From: an uncultured delta proteobacterium
GTDB taxonomy: Bacteria; Desulfobacterota; Desulfobacteria; Desulfobacterales; B30-G6
Reading direction: 5' to 3'
DNA: 64,000 nt
Assembly (NCBI GenBank): GCA_963823335.1
Contig: CAWGLD010000005.1
Coordinates: 366,091 to 430,090, forward strand
The translations under genes and the position numbers were made by a program. Under the pieces are notes generated by a model, which was not told the origin of the DNA, did no database searches, and saw nothing but the letters and a program-made list of their open reading frames with translations. Position 1 is the first letter of the stretch; each line of letters begins with the position of its first letter. Below are positions 9,030 to 17,343 of the stretch, piece by piece.

Positions 9030-9854
9030 TTAAATAACCTGGATATGCCAGGGTTCAAACTGGACACCCAGACGGTTGTCTTGTGGGTAACGAAAGACAA
9101 TGTAACCCAGTTGGGTCATCTTTTTGTATACATTGGTATGGCTGAAACGGATGGTAAAATTGGCCGCACCGAAACCGACCTGTCCCACATCAAAATCACC
9201 GATCCCATGATAAGAATAACCTGGGGGGGCTATGGCCCGGGAGGCCAACGATAAATTGCCCTCGGTTTTCTTGACTTTTCCCAGAAACAGGTAAAATTGT
9301 TTTGCCATGCCCCGGATACCGGCTGTGAGAACAACCCCCTCGCCGATATCGTTTGATATCTGGTGATAGATCTTCTGGGAAGTGCCTTTAAAAAGATAGT
9401 TGCCGGTTCCAGGGATCTTTTGAATCTTCGATGCAGCAATGGTGCTCGAAATATTGTGAAATGTTTTATCACCTAGAAAGCCATAGATTCTGGCATCGGT
9501 TAGAAACAATCTAGTGATAAATTCAATTTCCTGGTTCGTAAACGCACCGACTTTCGTATAGTCCCTGGCAACCCGTAGACTTTCGTCAAGACCCAGGATA
9601 CAGAAATTACCGAATCCTACTCTGGCCTGAATACGGGCAAATCGATCCAAAGTGGTCTGCAATACAGGCCAGTCATCTTTTGAAAGCAGGATATCGCGGA
9701 CAGAGCTGGTCTGTTGACGGTTTGTAAGGGCGGCTCCTGTGAGCTCTTTCATGGAGGTGTCAGGAGAATCAACGGCCCTGACAATCCTGGTGGCAGGCAG
9801 ACCCTGCATCACGAGAAAAAAACCGAATGCTTTTAAGAAGGTTCTTCGATGCAT
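9030..9854 (-). CDS. Exported peptidase M15B (VanY-like D,D- or L,D-carboxypeptidase) with Tat-type signal
   Basis: Twin-arginine motif 'HRRTFLK'. Zn-ligand motifs 'SYHGIGDFD' (SxHxxGxAxD-like) and 'EPWHI' (ExxH). Confidence 0.75.
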   Translation of the reverse strand: MHRRTFLKAFGFFLVMQGLPATRIVRAVDSPDTSMKELTGAALTNRQQTSSVRDILLSKDDWPVLQTTLDRFARIQARVGFGNFCILGLDESLRVARDYTKVGAFTNQEIEFITRLFLTDARIYGFLGDKTFHNISSTIAASKIQKIPGTGNYLFKGTSQKIYHQISNDIGEGVVLTAGIRGMAKQFYLFLGKVKKTEGNLSLASRAIAPPGYSYHGIGDFDVGQVGFGAANFTIRFSHTNVYKKMTQLGYIVFRYPQDNRLGVQFEPWHIQVI

Positions 9855-10210
9855 GAGGTATGGTGCTTCAGGATGAATTCCAGTTGTGATGTCTGGTCTG
9901 ATGTCAGTTCAACGAACTGAACTCCCTGTTGTCTTAACCGTATCGTGCTGAAGGCATTTTCCCTGGCAAGTTCGAAATCGAAGACGGTTTGGATGGGGAT
10001 ATTTTTGACGCACAGGCCGTTTTGGCGGACAATGATATCCAGGTCGCAGGCACCATTAGACCGGGCTTCCGCTGCGAGGTATTTAAACGCGAGTCCGCCC
10101 ATGCTGATGTCCTTGATCTGACCAAGCTTGGAGGTCTTTGGACCCAGCACCGCATAAGCCCCTTGGGCGGCCTTGAATCGTTCGTGTTTTCTGCGTTCAA
10201 AATGCTTCAT
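9833..10210 (-). CDS. PilZ domain protein (c-di-GMP receptor)
   Basis: 'RKHER' (RxxxR) and 'DISMGG' (D/NxSxxG) motifs. Length 125 aa. The 3' end overlaps the start of the M15 peptidase gene by 22 nt. Confidence 0.8.
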   Translation of the reverse strand: MKHFERRKHERFKAAQGAYAVLGPKTSKLGQIKDISMGGLAFKYLAAEARSNGACDLDIIVRQNGLCVKNIPIQTVFDFELARENAFSTIRLRQQGVQFVELTSDQTSQLEFILKHHTSCIEEPS

Positions 10211-10447
10211 ATGTTATCCCGCAGCGGGATGCACATTGGTGGGCACATCACGCTTTGTTTGCCCAAAGGCGATTGCAAGGTGTATAAAATAGTATGCCGG
10301 GAGTGTCAATAGAAAAGTAAACTCAACGATCACAGGGGATTATGGCACCTCAGGGAATTTTTTGCCAAATTCGTGTAAATTCTCCACAAGATCGATGCCC
10401 CTTGGGGTGATGCTAGCCGTGCAGGAGATATATGGCGGGCAGTCCAT

Positions 10448-10499
10448 GGATTTGTTTCGTATTTCGGTGTTCGGATTTAGAATTTCTAATAAACCCGAG
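10448..10499. repeat. Family F repeat ('GGATTTGTTTCGTATTTCG..TTCGGATTTAGAATTT'), partial copy
   Basis: About 45 nt, nearly identical to 12218-12262. Confidence 0.8.
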
Positions 10500-10508
10500 T
10501 ATTCGCCG

Positions 10509-11357
10509 TCAAACAAGTGTCAGGTAATAGAAACCTGATCCAATGGCCCAAAAAAGAACCATCACTGTTGCCAGGGCACACAAATGTGCCAGAATTCTGT
10601 GCAGCCGGGTTTCAATTTTTCTTTCATGGTAACCAAACAAAAATCCGAGCAGGACACCTCCGGCGAGGCCGCCACCGTGCCCCCAGTTATCGATACCCGG
10701 GATCAGGAACCCGAACAGAAAGATAACCAGCACCCAACCGCCGATTTGACGATAGATGGCTTGCCCGTAGACACCGCCGCGGCTCTTGCCGAAATAAAGA
10801 GCGGCGCCGATGAGACCACAGATTGCTGCGGATGAGCCGATAGTGTCATGGGTACCCCTCAGATAGGAAACCCAGAATCCGATCGTTCCGCCAAGGGTAT
10901 AGATGCTGAACATCCGGTGTATACCATATTCACGGATTATGAGCGCCGAGATCTGGCGGAGTGCCATCATATTGAACAAAATATGCAGGATGCCGCCGTG
11001 AAGATAAGTGGCCGATAAAAGGGTCCACCAGCGGTGCAAGTTGTCAATGGCAAAGGTACCGGTCGCTCCGAACAGTCTGAGACTCAATAGGCTGGGAGAT
11101 AGAAAATGCAGGGGGTTTCCCATGGAAAGACTGAGATTCTGAAAGCTGATCAGGACCGTAAGGGCAAACATCCCCACATTGACGTATATGATACCCTTGA
11201 TGAATCGAGCCGGGTCTTTGAAGAGACGCGTAACAAGATTGTTGTGTATCCAGGATCCGGGTTTTAATGTACCACAATAGGGACAGCTGGCTTCATCCAC
11301 ACTGACGAGTTTGCGGCAGTTCGGGCACACAATAGTTTTCAACACAGTACGGGGCAT
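10509..11357 (-). CDS. Rhomboid-family intramembrane serine protease with N-terminal zinc ribbon
   Basis: 'CPNCRK..CPYCG' ribbon. Rhomboid motifs 'HGGILHILFNMMAL' and catalytic 'GSSAAICGLIGA'. Multiple TM segments. Confidence 0.85.
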   Translation of the reverse strand: MPRTVLKTIVCPNCRKLVSVDEASCPYCGTLKPGSWIHNNLVTRLFKDPARFIKGIIYVNVGMFALTVLISFQNLSLSMGNPLHFLSPSLLSLRLFGATGTFAIDNLHRWWTLLSATYLHGGILHILFNMMALRQISALIIREYGIHRMFSIYTLGGTIGFWVSYLRGTHDTIGSSAAICGLIGAALYFGKSRGGVYGQAIYRQIGGWVLVIFLFGFLIPGIDNWGHGGGLAGGVLLGFLFGYHERKIETRLHRILAHLCALATVMVLFWAIGSGFYYLTLV

Positions 11358-11455
11358 TGGACGCTATTTTCTTTTAGGAATTAGGACGCATAACAGTAAA
11401 ATACGTACTGATGGTAATGATTCGGCATTGATCTGTCAATTAAATTACTATAGAT

Positions 11456-11538
11456 AGCCATAAGCGGTAAGCACTAAGCAACAAGCTGCTGCCGGTCAAC
11501 CCACTTATAGCTTATGGCTTATGGCTTACAGCTTACTG
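11456..11538. repeat. Family B hairpin repeat ('AGCCATAAGC' / 'GCTTATGGCT' words)
   Basis: The left half 'agccataagcggtaagcactaagc' is complementary to the right half 'gcttatagcttatggcttatggcttacagctt'. Confidence 0.75.
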
Positions 11539-11618
11539 TTCCGTTCCTTACGCCTTGAATTCATTACCGTCAATGGATCGGGTGAGGGACGCATACTTAA
11601 CAGGAAAAAGGGAATTCA

Positions 11619-11936
11619 ATGACGACAATTCATCTTGTTTACATGACCACCAGTGACAAGGCAGAGGCCCGCAAGATCGGTATGGCCCTGGTGGAATCGC
11701 ACTTGGCAGCCTGTGTGAACATTATCGATCAGATGAGCTCTTTATATCGCTGGGAAGGAAAGATACAGGAAGATCAGGAGGTTGTTCTGATCGCCAAGAC
11801 CACGGAAAAAAAATTACCGGCGCTGAAGCGTAAAGTTAAAGCGATGCATAGCTACGAGTGTCCTTGCATCGTATGCCTGCCGGTTACGGACGGCTATGAG
11901 CCGTTTTTGCAGTGGATACGGGAACACGTCGATTAA
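11619..11936 (+). CDS. cutA: Divalent-cation tolerance protein CutA
   Basis: 105 aa. 'AACVNI..S.YRWEGKI..D.E..L..KT' is the CutA1 signature. Confidence 0.85.
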   Translation: MTTIHLVYMTTSDKAEARKIGMALVESHLAACVNIIDQMSSLYRWEGKIQEDQEVVLIAKTTEKKLPALKRKVKAMHSYECPCIVCLPVTDGYEPFLQWIREHVD

Positions 11937-11947
11937 AGGAAAGCAAC

Positions 11948-12202
11948 ATGAAAGATGATAACGGTTTGTATTACCATCCGCAGCTGCAGAATAAGCGTGT
12001 GCGGATGTATGTTCGTAAGTTCGGCAGCGAAATCCAGTTTCGGCTCTGGAACCAGGACGTGCCCGAGCTGTGGGAGGAACATGGCTGGGTGGCGCACGAA
12101 GCTATTCTACAGGCTGCGAAGATGTATGGGGGCAAGACTATAGACCCGGGAAAGGTGTATGATATCAATATAGCAGAAGGGCTTTTGAAAGAGGAAGGTT
12201 GA
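11948..12202 (+). CDS. Small hypothetical protein (84 aa)
   Basis: ATG preceded by 'AAGGAAAG'. No recognisable motif. Confidence 0.4.
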   Translation: MKDDNGLYYHPQLQNKRVRMYVRKFGSEIQFRLWNQDVPELWEEHGWVAHEAILQAAKMYGGKTIDPGKVYDINIAEGLLKEEG

Positions 12203-12217
12203 CGTCGAACTATATTT

Positions 12218-12326
12218 GGATTTGTTTCGTATTTCGATATTCGTATTTAGAATTTATCATAAGTTAAATGTGTATAAAATTAACCCTTGTAGGGTTGAAT
12301 CAGTGCCGGGCCCTTTGGACCCGGTT
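12218..12326. repeat. Family F repeat, full copy (5' 'TTCG.ATTTAGAATTT' part plus 3' 'AACCCTTG.AGG.TTG...GCCGGGC.CTTTGG' part)
   Basis: The 5' half matches 10448-10499. The whole element matches 18557-18648. Confidence 0.75.
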
Positions 12327-12343
12327 ATCTACTTACATATTTT

Positions 12344-12742
12344 TTAGAGTCCCTGCAGTAAACTTCTTACCACATTCCCGTCTGCCCGGGCGCCGAAATA
12401 TTTCATGATCGGGCCCATGGCTTGCATCTTGCTCTTGAATTGTGAAAAATCTATGTTGTCCGTGACCCAGGCGACAATTTCGTCCTCTGAAGCCATCTGT
12501 GGCAGATAGGTTTCAATGATTTGGATAAAGACTGTGTCTTTGTCAGAACCCTTTTGTGCCAGGGTTTCTTTTTCTGATTTGATCAGTTTCTTCAGGACCT
12601 TGATTACCTCCTCATCGGAAAGCTCTTTTGTATCGGCCCTGGCGAATTCCCCCATGATGACCCGCAGGGTACTTTTCTTATCTTCATCCTTGGCTTTCAT
12701 GGCACCCATAAGATCCTTTTTGATTTGCTGCTGAATGGTCAT
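12344..12742 (-). CDS. GatB/YqeY domain-containing protein
   Basis: 'IKKDLMGAMKAKDEDKKSTLRVIMGE' N-terminus is typical of YqeY. Length 132 aa. Confidence 0.85.
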   Translation of the reverse strand: MTIQQQIKKDLMGAMKAKDEDKKSTLRVIMGEFARADTKELSDEEVIKVLKKLIKSEKETLAQKGSDKDTVFIQIIETYLPQMASEDEIVAWVTDNIDFSQFKSKMQAMGPIMKYFGARADGNVVRSLLQGL

Positions 12743-12994
12743 TGCTGACTCCTTGTCATCATTTGGTAAATTTTAAGTCCATGTCTATTTATATGATTTA
12801 TCCATAATTCCTTCAAAAATAGAGTCCAAGGATTAGAGGGTTCAAGTGTTTGCTGATAGATTGATTTCTTGCAAGGAATTCTTATCTTGTCAAGTAAGTT
12901 TACTGGATACAGAACCTTGGAATTTTAACCTGTTTTGTGCTATGCATTCTGGAAGCATTTTTGTTTTTTTAAGTGCCTCTGTTTACTGGATCTT

Positions 12995-13041
12995 CGGGTT
13001 CTCCCACCCTTGAACCCTTGGATCCTCGAACCCTCAAACCC
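12995..13041. repeat. Family C repeat ('ACCCTTGAACCC'/'GGGTTCAAGGGT' words), inverted partner of 12821-12848
   Basis: 'cccacccttgaacccttggatcctcgaaccctc' versus 12821-12848 'gagtccaaggattagagggttcaag'. Confidence 0.7.
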
Positions 13042-13054
13042 ATGGTCTTAAAGA

Positions 13055-13732
13055 ATGCGTATTCTGCTAATAGAAGACGACCGCAAAATTGCCTCTTTCA
13101 TTGAAAAAGGGCTGACGGCGGATGGATTTGCCGTGGATCAGGCATTTAGCGGTGAAGACGGACTTCATTTGGCGCTGACAGAGCCCTATGATGCCGCCAT
13201 CGTGGACATCATGCTCCCTGAAAGGGACGGTCTGAGTATTATCCAGGAAATGCGGAAACGCAGTATTGAAACACCCGTCATTATTCTAAGCGCCAAAAGC
13301 AAGATTGACGACCGTGTTAAAGGACTGCAGTCAGGTGGTGATGATTACCTTACCAAGCCCTTTGCATTTTCCGAACTTCTGGCCCGTATTCAGGCACTGA
13401 TCCGTCGTGCCAGTGGAACCAGAGAGCCCACCAGTCTCGAATACAAAGGACTGTCCATGCATCTCCTCAGCCGTGAGATCATACGTGATGGTGAGAAGAT
13501 CGATCTGCAACCACTGGAATATTCTTTACTGGAATATTTGATGCGCAACGCTGAACGGGTGGTTTCTAAGACCATGATCATGGAGCATGTCTGGAACTAT
13601 AACTTTGATCCCCAGACCAACGTGGTCGAGGCAAGGATCTGCAAGCTGCGAGATAAAATCGACAAGGCATCTGAAAAAAAACTGATACATACCGTCCGTG
13701 GTGTGGGATATGTACTCAAAGAAAGGCCTTAA
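13055..13732 (+). CDS. OmpR/PhoB-family response regulator
   Basis: REC ('ILLIEDD', 'DIMLPERDG', 'LSAK') plus winged-helix trans_reg_C ('LEYSLLEYLMRN..V.SK..I...VW','TVRGVGYVL'). Confidence 0.9.
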   Translation: MRILLIEDDRKIASFIEKGLTADGFAVDQAFSGEDGLHLALTEPYDAAIVDIMLPERDGLSIIQEMRKRSIETPVIILSAKSKIDDRVKGLQSGGDDYLTKPFAFSELLARIQALIRRASGTREPTSLEYKGLSMHLLSREIIRDGEKIDLQPLEYSLLEYLMRNAERVVSKTMIMEHVWNYNFDPQTNVVEARICKLRDKIDKASEKKLIHTVRGVGYVLKERP

Positions 13733-15116
13733 GGTCCGCCATACACTGGCATTTCGACTGACGCTCTGGTACGCCGGTATTTTCTCGCTGTCAGCCAGTA
13801 TTGCCTTTATCTTTTTTTATCTTCTCATGACATCCATGTTCAGGGACCAGACAGACAGGGACCTGTACCGCCAGGCAGGCATTTTCTCCATGATCATGGC
13901 AACGGACGGCGTAGAGGCTGTCAAACGATTCGCTGACCTGGAATCCCAAGCGTCAGGCGAAAAAAAGATTTTTTACCGAATGTTTTATCCGACGGGAATA
14001 TCTTTTTCTTCCTCGAACATGTCCTACTGGCAAGATATTGGGGTGACCAGGGCCAATATAGAGCAGGCCTTACACGGCAACTCACAAATTTATGAAACTC
14101 TCACCATCCCGAACCGGACCGAGCAGGTCCGTATTCTTTACAGTAACATCGGTGCCGGTGTGATTCTCCAACTGGGTCAATCCCTGGAAAATGTGGCAAG
14201 CTTTGTGGAGGCATTCAGGCAAATTGTCATTGCCACACTGGCTATGCTGGTACTGCTGTCGGCCGGTTTCGGGTGGTTTCTGGCGCGCAGGGCCGTATCC
14301 GGTGTTCAGGCTGTGACACGCACCGCACGAAGCATTACTGCCGGATCTCTCCAAGAACGTGTACCTGTCAATACCCGTGGTGATGAAATTGACCAGTTGG
14401 CAACGACGTTCAATGCCATGCTGGACCGGATACAACACCTGGTGGAGGGCATCCGGGAAATCAGTGACAACGTGGCCCACGATTTAAAGAGTCCCCTCAC
14501 ACGCATAAGGGGAGCTGCTGAGATTGCTCTTACCACCGGGAAAAGCATGCGGGAATTCGAACAAATGGCCGCCAGCAATATCGAAGAGTGCGATCGACTG
14601 CTGGACATGATCAACACCATGTTGATGATATCCCAGACAGAAGCGGGTGTCGGCGAATTGGAAAACGTCCAAGTGGATATAACACAAATTGTAAAACATG
14701 CCTGTGACCTGTTTCAACCCATGGCGGCAGACAAGGCTGTCGATCTGGTGTGTGAAGAGTTAGAAACAGCACGCCTGAAGGGGGACATGTCTCTGCTGCA
14801 GCGCATGGTGGCGAATCTGGTGGACAACGCCATTAAGTATACGCAAGCCGGAGGGCGCGTGGATGTTTCTGTTCATGTCAAGGATCGTCATCAGATTGTT
14901 TTGACGGTTGCCGATTCGGGTGTGGGAATTTCAAAAATGGAACTGCCGCACATCTTCGAGCGATTTTACCGCTGCGACCCGAGTCGGTCAACAACAGGGG
15001 CCGGTCTGGGGCTCAGCCTGGCCAAGGCCATCGTCCAGGCGCACCAGGGGCGAATCACCGTGCAGAGTCAAACAGGGCAGGGGAGCACCTTCCAGGTGCT
15101 ATTGCCACACAAATAA
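13698..15116 (+). CDS. Sensor histidine kinase (2 TM, HAMP, HisKA, HATPase_c)
   Basis: H-box 'SDNVAHDLKSPLT', N-box 'LVDNAIKYT', G-boxes 'DSGVGI' and 'GAGLGLS'. Overlaps the RR stop. Confidence 0.9.
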   Translation: MVWDMYSKKGLKVRHTLAFRLTLWYAGIFSLSASIAFIFFYLLMTSMFRDQTDRDLYRQAGIFSMIMATDGVEAVKRFADLESQASGEKKIFYRMFYPTGISFSSSNMSYWQDIGVTRANIEQALHGNSQIYETLTIPNRTEQVRILYSNIGAGVILQLGQSLENVASFVEAFRQIVIATLAMLVLLSAGFGWFLARRAVSGVQAVTRTARSITAGSLQERVPVNTRGDEIDQLATTFNAMLDRIQHLVEGIREISDNVAHDLKSPLTRIRGAAEIALTTGKSMREFEQMAASNIEECDRLLDMINTMLMISQTEAGVGELENVQVDITQIVKHACDLFQPMAADKAVDLVCEELETARLKGDMSLLQRMVANLVDNAIKYTQAGGRVDVSVHVKDRHQIVLTVADSGVGISKMELPHIFERFYRCDPSRSTTGAGLGLSLAKAIVQAHQGRITVQSQTGQGSTFQVLLPHK

Positions 15117-15322
15117 AACCATGAAACGACTTTACTCGCCTTTTATATTGAAGCGCAACAAGCCTCGCAAACCCTGCCGCTTGCCGCGGGGTTCTTCAAT
15201 CTGATGCGTCCGCAAAGATTACCAAATGGTAATTTTCCGATCATGTTCCGGTTAGGTTGCTGTAGTATTTTGTCCTTAAAGGTCATTGTGACCGTCAATC
15301 GCGAACACAAGGAGACACTACC

Positions 15323-16765
15323 ATGATCAAGAAAATCAAAAAATGCAACTATATAGTGATGGCCGTGCTGGTAGGCATATTGGCAGGTTTCATACCGGTT
15401 GTATCTGCCACAACCCCGGAAACAGGCGTCGTTATGGTGCCCAACAATTTCAGCCAGCTTGCCAAAGATGCCAGGCCGAGTGTGGTCAATATTCGAACCG
15501 TCACCACGGTCAAAGATGGGGGCAGGGTTTTTAAACATTTTTTTGGCGCGCCCCCTAACGGCCAGAAAAATCCCTTTGACGAGTTCTGGGGGCCATTTCA
15601 GGATAATCAGCCCCAGCGGGATTTCAAACAACGGAGCCTTGGATCAGGGTTTATCATCGACAAAGAAGGGTATATCGTGACCAACAACCATGTGGTGGAA
15701 AATGCCGATCAGATAAAGGTCAAACTGGCCAATGAAAAGGAATTTGATGCAGAGATAGTGGGCCGGGACCCCAAAACCGACCTGGCGTTGATCAAGATAT
15801 CGGCCAATACCGAGCTCTCCCCCATCAAGATGGGGGATTCTGACAAGACAAACGTGGGCAACTGGGTGGTTGCCATCGGCAGTCCTTTTGGACTGGAACA
15901 GACTGTAACTGCGGGTATTGTCAGTGCCAAAGGCAGGATCATCGGGTTCGGCCCCTACGAAGATTTTATTCAGACAGACGCATCCATCAACCCCGGCAAC
16001 AGCGGGGGGCCCTTGATCAACATGCAGGGAGAAGTCGTGGGGATCAACACGGCTATCGTTGCCAGTGGCCAGGGGATTGGATTTGCCATACCCGTCAACA
16101 TGGCCAAGGATATTGTCGCACAGTTAAAAACATCCGGTGAAGTGACCCGGGGCTGGCTCGGTGTCGGTATCCAGGACCTTTCGACGGAATTAAAGCAGTA
16201 TTACGGTGTCGAGAGCAATGGGGGCGTCCTGATTACCCAGGTGTTCGAAGGTGATCCGGCTGAAAAAGCCGGGATTGAACCGAATGATATTATCGTTGAA
16301 ATCGGTGGCCAGACCGTGACCTCCGCCCGGGAACTTTCCGGGATCATTGCCAATACCGAAATCGGCAAGAAAACCACCATCAAGCTTCTGCGGAATGGAA
16401 AGCAAAAAACCGTCCAGGTGGAACTGGCCAAGCGGGATGATGACAAAATGACCGCCAAGGCACCGGGCCAAGAAAGCAATGACGATATCGGGATTCAGCT
16501 CATGGATTTATCTGACGAGGGTGCCAGTCGATTCGGCTTTGAAGCGGATGAGAAGGGTGTTCTGGTCATCGGCATCAAACCCGGCGCTAAAGCGGAAGGT
16601 GCCGGTGTTCAACGTGGTGATCTTATAAAGGAAGTCAACCACGTGCGGGTTTCTTCTATTCGTGAGTATACCAATCAGATAAAGAAAATAGACGATGGTG
16701 ACGAGGTGCAATTCCTGATTCGTAGGGCTCGGGAGGGGTTTGTGGTCGTCGCCTTTACAAAATAA
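15323..16765 (+). CDS. degP: Periplasmic serine endoprotease DegP/HtrA (Do family, two PDZ domains)
   Basis: Signal peptide. Catalytic triad context 'VTNNHVV', 'DLALIKI' and 'GNSGGPL'. Two PDZ-like regions. Confidence 0.92.
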   Translation: MIKKIKKCNYIVMAVLVGILAGFIPVVSATTPETGVVMVPNNFSQLAKDARPSVVNIRTVTTVKDGGRVFKHFFGAPPNGQKNPFDEFWGPFQDNQPQRDFKQRSLGSGFIIDKEGYIVTNNHVVENADQIKVKLANEKEFDAEIVGRDPKTDLALIKISANTELSPIKMGDSDKTNVGNWVVAIGSPFGLEQTVTAGIVSAKGRIIGFGPYEDFIQTDASINPGNSGGPLINMQGEVVGINTAIVASGQGIGFAIPVNMAKDIVAQLKTSGEVTRGWLGVGIQDLSTELKQYYGVESNGGVLITQVFEGDPAEKAGIEPNDIIVEIGGQTVTSARELSGIIANTEIGKKTTIKLLRNGKQKTVQVELAKRDDDKMTAKAPGQESNDDIGIQLMDLSDEGASRFGFEADEKGVLVIGIKPGAKAEGAGVQRGDLIKEVNHVRVSSIREYTNQIKKIDDGDEVQFLIRRAREGFVVVAFTK

Positions 16766-16785
16766 TAATATCGTGTCACGATATT

Positions 16786-17214
16786 TTAAAGGAAAGGGAT
16801 CGGTTTACCGGTTCGGAATGCAAGGGCCTGACAGGTGGCGATGAGCTTTCTGTCGGGCCCGTATACGTTGATGTCATACGAGGCTGTTTTTTTAGTACGG
16901 CTTATTTCACGGGCTTCGGCCCGAAGTCTTGAATTGTCTTCCGGGCTGGCAATATAGGTAACGTTGACATTCAGCGCAACGGCAATGGTTCCATGTGTCT
17001 GGCAGGCTGTTTCAAATGCCTCGTCAATCAACGCAAAAATGGCGCCTCCGTGGGCTCGGTCATAAATATTGCTCATCATGTCAGGCTGGTATACCATTTC
17101 GACTGCAGAGGTTCCGGTGTCCAATTCCACCAGTTCGATCTTGAATGTGCGGGCCAGGGACTCGTTCCTGACTGCGGATTCGATGGCGTTTTTAATCTTT
17201 TGATCCATATTCAT
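16786..17214 (-). CDS. PaaI-family hotdog-fold thioesterase
   Basis: 'HGGAIFALIDEAF' motif. The first 16 codons of the longest ORF (to 17262) lie inside a repeat element, so the start at 17214 (or 17208) is preferred. Confidence 0.75.
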   Translation of the reverse strand: MNMDQKIKNAIESAVRNESLARTFKIELVELDTGTSAVEMVYQPDMMSNIYDRAHGGAIFALIDEAFETACQTHGTIAVALNVNVTYIASPEDNSRLRAEAREISRTKKTASYDINVYGPDRKLIATCQALAFRTGKPIPFL

Positions 17215-17239
17215 ATGCTCTTTGTGAGGGGTAAAAAAA

Positions 17240-17343
17240 TAATCACGAAAACACGAAAGCATGAAAACACGAAATATTTAAAGATCTTTTTCGTACCTTC
17301 GTGTTTTCGTGATAAATGATCTTTAGCTTTTTCCCGTTGGCCC
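17240..17343. repeat. Family D element, full copy: 16-bp perfect inverted repeat ATCACGAAAACACGAA (17242-17257) / TTCGTGTTTTCGTGAT (17298-17313) plus a 'GATAAATGATCTTT..' tail
   Basis: Read directly. Homologous to 30621-30730 and to partial copies at 22727, 60388, 20390 and 56558. Confidence 0.85.

Noticed and set aside
8544-9254. Three 64-97-aa ORFs in the spacer upstream of the WYL gene
   Set aside because: They run through inverted-repeat DNA, lack SD sequences and have a low-complexity, odd composition. The region is treated as non-coding repeat or regulatory DNA instead.
10211-10508. Searched this and other larger spacers (12743-13054, 18556-18958, 42556-42726, 60226-60496) for tRNA/tmRNA/RNase P-like genes and sigma54 -24/-12 boxes
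   Set aside because: No T-loop (GGTTCGAAT-like) or cloverleaf-compatible segments were seen. 'TGGCAC' at 10345 lacks a correctly spaced TTGC. Nothing supportable.
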